Part shown: positions 1-7,474 of the stretch, in pieces
How positions within the stretch are numbered: the first letter of the stretch is position 1
Layout: every line of letters begins with the position of its first letter
Origin: Longivirga aurantiaca
GTDB taxonomy: Bacteria > Actinomycetota > Actinomycetes > S36-B12 > CAIYMF01
DNA length: 19,844 nucleotides
Direction: 5' to 3'
NCBI RefSeq assembly: GCF_042660085.1
Contig: NZ_JBHSTI010000031.1
Location: forward strand, 1-19,844
The notes under the pieces: model-generated
Seen by the model: the letters and a program-made list of their open reading frames with translations, nothing else
Told to the model about the DNA's origin: nothing
Databases searched by the model: none
Program-made: the position numbers and the translations under genes

Positions 1-37
1 CCGAACGACGCGCGCTACCAAGCTGCGCCACACCCCG
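1..37 (-). tRNA. tRNA-Pro (anticodon CGG), 5' part only, truncated by the window edge
   Basis: Reverse complement of 1-37 is CGGGGTG TG GCGC AGCTTGGTA GCGC G CGTCG TT CGG. This is an acceptor 5' strand, D arm and 5' anticodon stem, ending exactly at anticodon CGG. It matches actinobacterial tRNA-Pro. Confidence 0.9.
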
Positions 38-50
38 GTGGAGCGGAGCG

Positions 51-79
51 AGTCTACGGGCCGGGCCGGTAGCCACCAA
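51..79 (-). promoter_or_regulatory. Candidate housekeeping-sigma promoter for tRNA-Pro: TTGGTG - 17 bp - TAGACT
   Basis: Minus-strand hexamers at 79-74 (TTGGTG) and 56-51 (TAGACT, TANNNT type) are separated by 17 bp. The -10 lies 13 nt upstream of the tRNA 5' end. Confidence 0.5.
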
Positions 80-94
80 AACCGGGTGTCCCGG
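78..94 (-). terminator. Short intrinsic terminator after the metallophosphoesterase gene
   Basis: Minus strand reads CCGGG-ACA-CCCGG-TTTT just downstream of the stop codon at about 101-103. Confidence 0.45.
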
Positions 95-99
95 GGTGC

Positions 100-1029
100 T
101 CAGACCCGCGTGAGGGTGAGCAGCGTGGCCTCGGGCGGGCACGAGAACCGCACCGGGGCGTACGGCGAGGTGCCGATCCCGGCCGACACGTGCAGCATCG
201 CCCCGCGACCGTCGGCGCCGCCTGCGCCCGGCGTACCGGCGAGGTCTGCGCCACCCACGCGTGACAGGCCCTTGGCCTGTGCCGTAGGCAGGTCGCAGTT
301 GGTCACGAGCGCACCCCAGAAGGGCACGCAGAGCTGTCCGCCGTGGGTGTGGCCGGCGAGGACGAGATCGGCGCCATCGGCCTCCATGGCGTCGATGATG
401 CGGCGGTACGGCGCATGCGTGACGCCGAGCCGCAGATCCGCGTCGGCGGCGAACGGGCCGGCCACCTCGTCGTACCGGTCGAGACCGATGTGGGGGTCGT
501 CGACCCCGCGGACGTCGAGGTCGAGGTCGCCGACCTTCACCCGCGTGGCGGCGTTGTCGAGGTCGTGCCACCCGGCGGCCGTGAGCCCGGCGACGAGGTC
601 GCGCCAGGGCAGGGGCGGGCGCTGCGCGTCGAGGTCGGACGGGTTGGTCAGGTAGCGCCACGGCTTCACGATGCCGGGGCCGTAGTAGTCGTTCGAGCCG
701 AGCACGAACAGGCCGGGCCGGTCGAGCAGCGGGCCGAGTGCGTCGAGCACCGAGGGGATGGCCTCCTGATGGGCCAGGAAGTCACCGGTGACCACGACGA
801 GGTCGGGGTTCAGCGCGTCGAGGCTGCGCACCCAGGCCATGCGCCCCTTGTGACGGGGGGTGAGGTGCAGGTCGGAGATGTGCAGGACGCGGACCGGCGC
901 GACGCCGTCGGGCAGCACGCGGGCCTCCTCGCGGCGCAGCGTGTAGCGGTGGGCCTCGGCGACCGAGTAGCCGAGACCGGCCGCCGCAGCGGCGCCGAGG
1001 GCGAGGGTGGTGCGGGCGAGGAGGTGCAC
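100..1029 (-). CDS. Metallophosphoesterase, Rv3683-like
   Basis: ORF 100..1116 contains HISDLHLTP, VVVTGDFL, GSNDYYGP and GHTHGGQ, with an N-terminal hydrophobic segment. The preferred start is GTG at 1029; the N-terminal extension in the ORF track looks non-coding. Confidence 0.9.
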   Translation of the reverse strand: MHLLARTTLALGAAAAAGLGYSVAEAHRYTLRREEARVLPDGVAPVRVLHISDLHLTPRHKGRMAWVRSLDALNPDLVVVTGDFLAHQEAIPSVLDALGPLLDRPGLFVLGSNDYYGPGIVKPWRYLTNPSDLDAQRPPLPWRDLVAGLTAAGWHDLDNAATRVKVGDLDLDVRGVDDPHIGLDRYDEVAGPFAADADLRLGVTHAPYRRIIDAMEADGADLVLAGHTHGGQLCVPFWGALVTNCDLPTAQAKGLSRVGGADLAGTPGAGGADGRGAMLHVSAGIGTSPYAPVRFSCPPEATLLTLTRV

Positions 1030-1041
1030 CCGACCAGTATC
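1030..1041 (-). promoter_or_regulatory. Candidate -10 (GATACT) for leaderless transcription of the metallophosphoesterase
   Basis: Minus strand reads GATACT-GGTCGG-GTG. The -10-like hexamer ends 6 nt before the proposed GTG start. Confidence 0.35.
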
Positions 1042-1080
1042 CCCGCTGCCTCGGGTGCGGGGGTACGGGAGGATGTGGCC

Positions 1081-1545
1081 ATGAGCACCGACGGCACCCT
1101 CTCCCAGCGCCTGCATGACGACCTCACCACCGCGATCCGCGGTCGGGACGAGGTCGCCTCCGCCACGCTGCGCATGGCGCTCACCGCCCTCACGAACGAG
1201 GCGAAGAGCGGCACCGAGGAGCGCGAGCTGACCGATGCCGACGTCATCACCGTGCTCGGCCGCGAGGCCAAGAAGCGGCGCGAGTCGGCCACGGCGTACG
1301 ACGACGCGAACCGGCCCGAGCTCGCAGCCCGTGAGCGTGCCGAGCTCGCCGTCCTCGAGGGCTACCTGCCGCAGCAGCTGTCGGACGAGGAGCTCACGGC
1401 CCTCGTGGCGGACGCCGTGGCCGAGACGGGTGCGGAGTCGCCGAAGCAGATGGGCCTCGTCATGAAGGTGCTGACCCCCCGCATCGCGGGTCGCGCCGAC
1501 GGTGGTCGCGTGGCGGCCGCCGTACGCAGCGCCCTCGGCGCCTGA
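1081..1545 (+). CDS. GatB/YqeY domain-containing protein (154 aa)
   Basis: Reading frame MSTDGTLSQRLHDDLTTAIRGRDEVASATLRMALTALTNEA...LEGYLPQQLSDEEL...GLVMKVLTPRIAGRADGGRVAAAVRSALGA is a typical YqeY-like protein. A GGGAGGA Shine-Dalgarno lies near 1067-1073. Confidence 0.9.
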   Translation: MSTDGTLSQRLHDDLTTAIRGRDEVASATLRMALTALTNEAKSGTEERELTDADVITVLGREAKKRRESATAYDDANRPELAARERAELAVLEGYLPQQLSDEELTALVADAVAETGAESPKQMGLVMKVLTPRIAGRADGGRVAAAVRSALGA

Positions 1546-1566
1546 CGCCGTTCTGGTCTTTCCGCC

Positions 1567-1621
1567 GTCCCTGATGAAGGGACGAATTGTTCGGCTCTAT
1601 TGGATGAAGGGCCCCTTCATC
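1567..1621. terminator. Tandem hairpins between convergent yqeY-like and PBP genes
   Basis: gtccct-gatga-agggac (1567-1583) and gatgaaggg-c-cccttcatc (1603-1621) lie between the stop codons of two convergent genes. Confidence 0.6.
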
Positions 1622-1656
1622 GCAAACCCCGGCTCCGTGAACGCGCCCGGGGGCCG

Positions 1657-3894
1657 TCAGGGGGAGGGGGACGGCGGGGGGCTGCTCGACGGCTTCGGGG
1701 GCTTGGTCGGCTTGGTGGGCTTGGCCGACGGGCTCGGGCTGCCGGTCGGCGAGGTCGACGGAGATCCCGACACGGAGTCGGTGGGCGACGCGGTGGGCGA
1801 CGACGAGGTCGGCGTCGGCGAGGCGGTGGCCGCGACGAGGCTGTCGTAGATCCGCAGGTCGAAACGGGTCGACGGCACTCCGTCGAGGGCGCCGAGCATC
1901 GCCATCTTCCAGATGGGGCCGGGCAGCGTCGAGCCGAAGACCTGGCCGAAGTACGTGCCGCCGATGCGGATGTTCTTCATCGGGAACTTGTACTGGCCGC
2001 GCGGGTCGTACGTGGCCACAGCGGCGGCGATGTCGGGGGTGAACCCGACGAACCAGACGGCTGCCGAGTCGTTCGTCGTACCGGTCTTGCCGGCCGCGTC
2101 GCGACCGAGCGTCATCGGTGCGCCGGTGCGGCCCTGAATCGGGCCGTCGATGACGCCCTTGAGGATCACGGCGACGGAGTCGGCGACGCGACGCTCCATC
2201 ACCTGCTGGCAGTCGGCCTTCGGGATCGGCAGGTCCTTGCCGTCGCGGTCGGTCACCTGCGAGATCGCGATCGGCTGGCAGCGCACGCCGTGGTTGGCGA
2301 AGACGGAGTAGGCGCTCGACATGCCGAGCGGGGTCACCTCGGACGTGCCGAGGGTGAACGACGGGCCGTCGAAGAGCGGGTCGCCGTTGCCCTTGGTGAG
2401 CCCGAGCTCGGCGGCGATCTCGGCGGGCCGGCAGTTGCCGGTCTTCTGCTCGAGCGCCATGAAGTACGTGTTCACCGAGAACGCCGTGCCCTGCAGCATG
2501 TTGAACGTGCCCGAGCCGGTCGAGTTTCCGACCGAGTAGGGCTCGTACTCCGCGCCGGTCTTGCAGTTCACGAAGCCGTCGAAGGTCTTGCGCGGAGGCG
2601 ACACGATCTTCTCGAGCGGGTTGACCCGCTTCTCCATCGCCGCGGCCAGCGTGAACGCCTTGAACGTCGAGCCGGCCTGCGCGCCGATGCTCCCGCCCAT
2701 GCTCGTGCCGACGTTGAAGTTGTACGTCGTGTTGCCCACGCCCTTGGTGCCCCACGAGCGGTTCTGCGCCATCGCGAGGATCTCGCCGGTGCTCGGCTTC
2801 ACCATGGTGATGGCGGCGAGCTTCTTGCTGGCGTCCTTGCGCGGGATGTAGGTGTCGGCGGCGATCTGCGCGGACTTCTGCGCCTTGGGCTGCAGCGTCG
2901 TGCGGATGGTCAGGCCGCCCTTGCGCAGCAGGGCCTCGCGCGCGGCCGGAGTGGAGCCGAAGGCGGGGTCGGTGCGGACCACGCGGTAGACGTAGTCGCA
3001 GAAGAACGGCGCGTACGACGTGGTGCAGCCGTTGGTGGGACGGCGCGGCTTGAGGAACGACTTCGTGGAGATCTTGGCGGTCTTGTCGGCCTTGGCCTGG
3101 GAGATGTAGCCGAGCGCGGCCATCCGGTTGAGCACCTGGCGGCGGCGGTCCTGCGACAGCTTCGGGTTGCGCGTCGGGTCGTACGCCACCGGCCGCTGCA
3201 CGGCACCGGCGAGCGTGGCGGCCTCGACGAGGGTGAGCTTGGCCGCCGACTTGTTGAAGTAGCGGCGCGCCGCGGCCTCGACGCCGTACGCACCGGCGCC
3301 GAAGTACGAGATGTTCAGGTAGCGCTCGAGGATCTCGTCCTTGCTGAGCTGGCGCTCGAGCGCCAGGGCGTAACGCATCTCCTTGAGCTTGCGGGTGTAG
3401 CTGCGCGCCACCGCCGCGCGCGCCTCCTCGGGCGTGGTCGCGAGGTTCACGAAGATGTTCTTCACGTACTGCTGGGTGAGGGTCGAGCCGCCCTGCACGC
3501 TGCCGTCGCCGGCGGAGTTGCCGACGAAGGCGCGGATGAGGCCGCGCGGGTCGACGCCGCGGTGCTCGTAGAACCGGCCGTCCTCGACGGCCACGACCGC
3601 CTGCTGCATCACCGGGGCGATCTCGCTGAGCGGCACCTCGATGCGGTTCTGCTCGTAGATCGTGGCGAGCACCGAGCCGTCGTTGGCGAGGATCCGCGAG
3701 CGCTGGGGCAGCGGCGGGGCCGTGAGCTGGGTCGGGAGGCTCTCGTAGCTCTCGATCGCCGACCGGGTGGCGACGCCCACGCCGCCCACGAAGGGGAGCG
3801 CGGCCCCGGCCACGAGCACGCCTGCAACCGCGCTCACCAGCACGAAGAGTGCGAGGCGCGAGAGGGAGGCGGCGAGGCTGGGCTTTCGGGACAT
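1657..3894 (-). CDS. Bifunctional class A penicillin-binding protein (transglycosylase/transpeptidase), PonA2-like without a C-terminal PASTA domain
   Basis: N-terminal TM, EDGRFYEHRGVDPRG and GGSTLTQQYVKN (GT51), AGSTFKAF (SxxK), SVN and KTGTTND motifs, followed by a Pro/Ser/Thr-rich tail (SPSTSPTGSPSPSAKPTKPTKPPKPSSSPPPSPSP). Confidence 0.95.
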   Translation of the reverse strand: MSRKPSLAASLSRLALFVLVSAVAGVLVAGAALPFVGGVGVATRSAIESYESLPTQLTAPPLPQRSRILANDGSVLATIYEQNRIEVPLSEIAPVMQQAVVAVEDGRFYEHRGVDPRGLIRAFVGNSAGDGSVQGGSTLTQQYVKNIFVNLATTPEEARAAVARSYTRKLKEMRYALALERQLSKDEILERYLNISYFGAGAYGVEAAARRYFNKSAAKLTLVEAATLAGAVQRPVAYDPTRNPKLSQDRRRQVLNRMAALGYISQAKADKTAKISTKSFLKPRRPTNGCTTSYAPFFCDYVYRVVRTDPAFGSTPAAREALLRKGGLTIRTTLQPKAQKSAQIAADTYIPRKDASKKLAAITMVKPSTGEILAMAQNRSWGTKGVGNTTYNFNVGTSMGGSIGAQAGSTFKAFTLAAAMEKRVNPLEKIVSPPRKTFDGFVNCKTGAEYEPYSVGNSTGSGTFNMLQGTAFSVNTYFMALEQKTGNCRPAEIAAELGLTKGNGDPLFDGPSFTLGTSEVTPLGMSSAYSVFANHGVRCQPIAISQVTDRDGKDLPIPKADCQQVMERRVADSVAVILKGVIDGPIQGRTGAPMTLGRDAAGKTGTTNDSAAVWFVGFTPDIAAAVATYDPRGQYKFPMKNIRIGGTYFGQVFGSTLPGPIWKMAMLGALDGVPSTRFDLRIYDSLVAATASPTPTSSSPTASPTDSVSGSPSTSPTGSPSPSAKPTKPTKPPKPSSSPPPSPSP

Positions 3895-3903
3895 GGCCTG
3901 TCG

Positions 3904-3909
3904 AGGATA
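3904..3909 (-). promoter_or_regulatory. Candidate -10 (TATCCT) of the PBP gene
   Basis: Minus strand reads TATCCT-CGACAGGCC-ATG. A TANNNT hexamer lies 9 nt upstream of the start, implying a very short leader. Confidence 0.35.
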
Positions 3910-4224
3910 GGCGGGTTCTGACCGTAGGACGTCCTCGGGCTCGCCGGGGTTCCCCCTGCGGGGGGCCCAGGAGGTAGGGCGGGCTCACGAAGTGCTCAAC
4001 GGGGCGGTGGCTCAGCGGACCCACGTCTATGGCACGATATGACTAGCAAGGATCACCCGTCCTGGCCTGCCCGGCTCCTGCCCTCGTGCGTAGCGTCGCT
4101 CCCTGTCGGCGCAAGACCTGCGTCGGCAAGGCCCGAGACCGGGACGTCCTCCGGCCGCAGCACGCGGACGGCGTATTCGGTCGGGGGCCGCCCCGACGAC
4201 CTAGGGGGAGGTTGAGTCCACCAG

Positions 4225-4545
4225 ATGACCTGGACCACGGACTGGACCACGTCGGCTGCCTGTCGCGCGAGCGACCCGGACGCTTTGTTCGTGCAGGGCG
4301 CTGCCCAGAACCGCGCCAAGGCGATCTGCCTCGCCTGCCCGGTGCGCACCGAGTGCCTCGCTGACGCGCTCGACAACCGCATCGAGTTCGGCGTGTGGGG
4401 TGGCATGACCGAGCGCGAGCGCCGCGCCCTGCTGCGCCGACGCCCCCAGGTGACGAGCTGGCGACGCCTGCTCGAGACCGCGCGCGAGGAGTACGGCACC
4501 AGCGTCTCGCTCCTCGACCTCACCGAGGCGCGCGTCGCGGGCTGA
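4225..4545 (+). CDS. wblA: WhiB-like [4Fe-4S] transcription factor, WblA/WhiB4 lineage
   Basis: 106 aa with Cys13, Cys35-x2-Cys38-x5-Cys44 and a GVWGG motif. It lies between the class A PBP and a pair of Get3-like ATPases, as recalled for whiB4 and wblA loci. SD-like GGGGGAGG at 4204-4211. Confidence 0.92.
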   Translation: MTWTTDWTTSAACRASDPDALFVQGAAQNRAKAICLACPVRTECLADALDNRIEFGVWGGMTERERRALLRRRPQVTSWRRLLETAREEYGTSVSLLDLTEARVAG

Positions 4546-4551
4546 CGCCCG

Positions 4552-5718
4552 CTACAGCCGGTCGGCCAGGGCCTGGCCGACGAGGCGGAGCCCGTCGAGG
4601 TCGACCACGTCCGTCGGCAGCACCGGCACCGTCGCGATCTCGATCGTGCGGTGCACCGAGGTGAACCTCTCCGCCATGCGCCGCTGACGGTTGAGCGTCG
4701 CCACGCGATCGGCGTGGATGCGCAGCAGTGCGGCCGTGACCGACGTGCCCGAGTGCGTCTCGAGGCGGGCCGCTGCGGCGGTGGCTGTCGCGACGTCGAG
4801 CTCGGGCACGGTCGTGGTCTGCACGCGGTTGAGCACGAGCCCTGCGAGCGGCATGTTGTCGCTCTCGAGCCGCTCCACGAAGTACGACGCCTCGCGCAGG
4901 GCGTCGCGCTCAGGAGCGGCCACCACGAGGAACGCGGTGTCGGGCGCCTGCAGCATGTGGAACGTCTCGTCGGCCCGCTGCCGGAAGCCGCCGAAGAGGG
5001 TGTCGACCGAGCCGACGAACGTCTGGATGTCGGTGAGCACCTGGCCGCCGATGACGCGCGACAGCACGTTGGTGAAGACCCCGAACCCGGCCGTGATCAC
5101 CTTCATGTAGGCGCGTCCGCCGGCCTTGGCAGGTGCGGCCAGGATGCGCAGGAACCGACCGTCGAGGAACGACCCGAGCCGGCGCGGGGCATCGAGGAAG
5201 TCCAGGGCCGAGCGGGACGGCGGGGTGTCGACGACGATCAGGTCCCACCGGTCCTCGGCCTCGGACCGCGCCCGCAGCTGGCCGAGCTTCTCCATCGCCA
5301 TGTACTCCTGCGTGCCCGCGAACGAGCTCGACAGCGACTGGTAGAACGGGTTGGCGATGATCGTCCCGGCGCGCTCGGCGTCCGCGTTCGACTCGACGAA
5401 CTCGTCGAACGTCCGCTTCATGTCCAGCATCATCGCGTCGAGCGTGCCGGTGCCGTCGACGCCGACGACCGGCCGCGGGTCGTTGTCGAGCTCGGTCAGG
5501 CCGAGGCTCTGCGCGAGGCGCCGAGCCGGGTCGATCGTGAGGACGACGACGCTGCGCCCGCGTTCGGCCGCACGCAGCGCGATCGCCGCGGCGGTCGTGG
5601 TCTTCCCGACCCCGCCGGATCCGCAGCAGACGAGGACGCGGATGTCGCGGTTGTCGAGCAGGGCGTCGACGTCGAGCGCCGGGGCGCGCGGGACGACCTC
5701 GCGCGTGAAGGTGCTCAT
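4552..5718 (-). CDS. ArsA/Get3-family ATPase, second subunit (Rv3680-like)
   Basis: CCGSGGVGKTTTAAAIAL P-loop, LTIDPARRLAQSLG and VVDTPPSRSALDFLD. Its start overlaps the stop of the upstream ATPase gene by 4 nt. Confidence 0.9.
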   Translation of the reverse strand: MSTFTREVVPRAPALDVDALLDNRDIRVLVCCGSGGVGKTTTAAAIALRAAERGRSVVVLTIDPARRLAQSLGLTELDNDPRPVVGVDGTGTLDAMMLDMKRTFDEFVESNADAERAGTIIANPFYQSLSSSFAGTQEYMAMEKLGQLRARSEAEDRWDLIVVDTPPSRSALDFLDAPRRLGSFLDGRFLRILAAPAKAGGRAYMKVITAGFGVFTNVLSRVIGGQVLTDIQTFVGSVDTLFGGFRQRADETFHMLQAPDTAFLVVAAPERDALREASYFVERLESDNMPLAGLVLNRVQTTTVPELDVATATAAAARLETHSGTSVTAALLRIHADRVATLNRQRRMAERFTSVHRTIEIATVPVLPTDVVDLDGLRLVGQALADRL

Positions 5719-6761
5719 GCCATCCCCTGCTCGCGCAGCAGGTCGGCGAGCTCGTAGAGCGTGCCGACGTCGACGCCGTCCGCGAGGAATGGCAGCTCGT
5801 ACGTCGGACGGTGCAGCACCTCGAGGTTGTCGCGCTCGCGCTGCTCGAGCGCCACGCGCTCGGCGTGCTCGGCACCTTCGACCGCGAGCGCCCGCACGAC
5901 GTCGTCGACGAGCACACCGCCGTGCGACCCGACGAGCGCGCCGTTGGGGGTCACGACCCCGGACGTCGCGAGGTCGTGCGCGATGGCGTCCTTGTCCAGC
6001 TTCCCCTTGCGCGCCTTGGCCTGCGCCGTCGCGGCGAGGAGCGGGCGGCGCATCTGATTCACGACGATCCCGCCCACAGGCAGCTTCGACGCGGTGAGCT
6101 CGTCGACGGCGTCGGTCGTCTCCTGCACCGGCATCTCCTCGAGCAGGGTCACCAGGTGCACCGCGGTGAGCGAGGAGGCGATGACCTCCATGACGGCGTC
6201 GGCCTGCGACCGGATGGGGCCCGTGCGAGCGAGGCCGGCCACCTCGGAGTTCACGTTGAGGAAGCGCGCGATCCGGCCCGTGGGCGGCGCGTCCATGACG
6301 ACGGCGTCGTAGACGTGCTTGTTGCCGCTCTTGCGGCGCACGGCCTCCTTGGCCTTGCCCGTCAGCAGCACGTCGCGCACGCCCGGCGCGATGGTCGTCG
6401 CGAAGTCGATGGCGCCCATCCTGCGCAGCGCGGTGCCGGCACGGCGGAGGTTGTAGAACATCTCGAGGTACTCGAGCAGCGCCTCCTCGGGGTCGATCGC
6501 GAGCGCGAACACCTCGCCCCCGCCCGGAGCGGTCGCCACCTTGCGCTCGGCGTACGGCAGGGGCGGGACGTCGTAGATCTGGGACAGGCCCTGCCGGCCC
6601 TCCACCTCCACGACGAGCACCTTGCGGCCGCCGTGGGCCAGCGCGAGGGCGAGTGCGGCGGCGACCGTGGTCTTGCCCGTGCCGCCCTTGCCGGACACGA
6701 CGTGGAGGCGGACGCCGCGCCAGTCGGGCGCGAGGACGTCGTCGTCCCGAGGCGGGGTCAC
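5715..6761 (-). CDS. ArsA/Get3-family ATPase, first subunit (Rv3679-like)
   Basis: VVSGKGGTGKTTVAAALALALA deviant Walker A and VVMDAPPTGRIARFL. It sits directly upstream of a paralogous ATPase gene. Confidence 0.9.
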   Translation of the reverse strand: MTPPRDDDVLAPDWRGVRLHVVSGKGGTGKTTVAAALALALAHGGRKVLVVEVEGRQGLSQIYDVPPLPYAERKVATAPGGGEVFALAIDPEEALLEYLEMFYNLRRAGTALRRMGAIDFATTIAPGVRDVLLTGKAKEAVRRKSGNKHVYDAVVMDAPPTGRIARFLNVNSEVAGLARTGPIRSQADAVMEVIASSLTAVHLVTLLEEMPVQETTDAVDELTASKLPVGGIVVNQMRRPLLAATAQAKARKGKLDKDAIAHDLATSGVVTPNGALVGSHGGVLVDDVVRALAVEGAEHAERVALEQRERDNLEVLHRPTYELPFLADGVDVGTLYELADLLREQGMA

Positions 6762-6836
6762 GGCCCGAGACTACGGGCCTGCGGCCCGGCGTACCTGCTG
6801 AGCACCCGTCCCGGTGACGATGAACACCTCAGCCCC

Positions 6837-6842
6837 TAGGGT
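6837..6842 (+). promoter_or_regulatory. Candidate -10 (TAGGGT) for leaderless transcription of the 51-aa ORF
   Basis: TAGGGT-CGCCTC-ATG: a TANNNT hexamer ends 6 nt before the ATG at 6849, and there is no evident Shine-Dalgarno. Confidence 0.45.
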
Positions 6843-6848
6843 CGCCTC

Positions 6849-7004
6849 ATGACCCAGTGGGAGTACGCGACCGTTCCTCTGCTCATCCATGCGACCAAGC
6901 AGATCCTCGACACGTGGGGCCAGGACGGGTGGGAGCTCGTCCAGGTGGTGCCCGGCCCCAACGCCGAGAACTACGTCGCCTACCTGAAGCGTCCGAAGGG
7001 CTGA
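6849..7004 (+). CDS. Small conserved DUF4177-like protein (51 aa)
   Basis: My translation: MTQWEYATVPLLIHATKQILDTWGQDGWELVQVVPGPNAENYVAYLKRPKG*. The WEYAT...LDTWGQDGWELVQVVP pattern resembles DUF4177-type proteins. It is absent from the supplied ORF track, probably because of length. Confidence 0.85.
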   Translation: MTQWEYATVPLLIHATKQILDTWGQDGWELVQVVPGPNAENYVAYLKRPKG

Positions 7005-7009
7005 GAAGC

Positions 7010-7474
7010 ATGTCCGCAGTGGAGGACCGTCTCGCCGAGATCGGGCTCACCGTGCCCGAGGTGGTGCCGCCCGTCGCGGCGTACACCCCGGCCGTGCGCA
7101 CCGGCTCGTACGTCTACGTCTCGGGCCAGCTGCCGATGGTGGCGGGCGCGATGGCGGCCACCGGCAAGGTGGGCGCCGATGTGACCCCGGAGCAGGCCAA
7201 GGAGCTCGCGCAGGCCTCGGCGCTCAACGCCATCGCGGCGCTGAAGTCGGTGATCGGCGACCTCGACAAGGTGACGCGCGTGGTCAAGGTCGTCGGCTTC
7301 GTCGCGTGCGTGCCCGAGTTCACCGGCGCCCCTGGCGTGATCAACGGTGCGAGCGAGCTGTTCGGCACCGCCTTCGGCGAGCGCGGGGTGCACGCGCGGT
7401 CGGCCGTCGGCGTCGCCTCGCTGCCGCTCGACGCCGCGGTCGAGGTCGAGGCGGTCTTCGAGGTCGCCGACTGA
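7010..7474 (+). CDS. RidA family protein (154 aa)
   Basis: MSAVEDRLAEIGLTVPEVVPPVAAYTPAVRTGSYVYVSGQLPMVAG...VEVEAVFEVAD, with the typical RidA/YjgF SGQLP motif. The ATG at 7010 is 5 nt after the previous stop. Confidence 0.92.
   Translation: MSAVEDRLAEIGLTVPEVVPPVAAYTPAVRTGSYVYVSGQLPMVAGAMAATGKVGADVTPEQAKELAQASALNAIAALKSVIGDLDKVTRVVKVVGFVACVPEFTGAPGVINGASELFGTAFGERGVHARSAVGVASLPLDAAVEVEAVFEVAD

Noticed and set aside
1460-4024. 854-aa and 773-aa plus-strand ORFs (1460-4024, 1600-3921)
   Set aside because: Antisense shadow frames of the penicillin-binding protein gene, low complexity R/A/G/H-rich with no motifs.
4053-4523. ORFs around wblA (4053-4523 minus, 4086-4364 plus)
   Set aside because: Overlap the Wbl gene and its upstream region and have non-protein-like composition. 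The Wbl frame has a strong SD and conserved cysteines.
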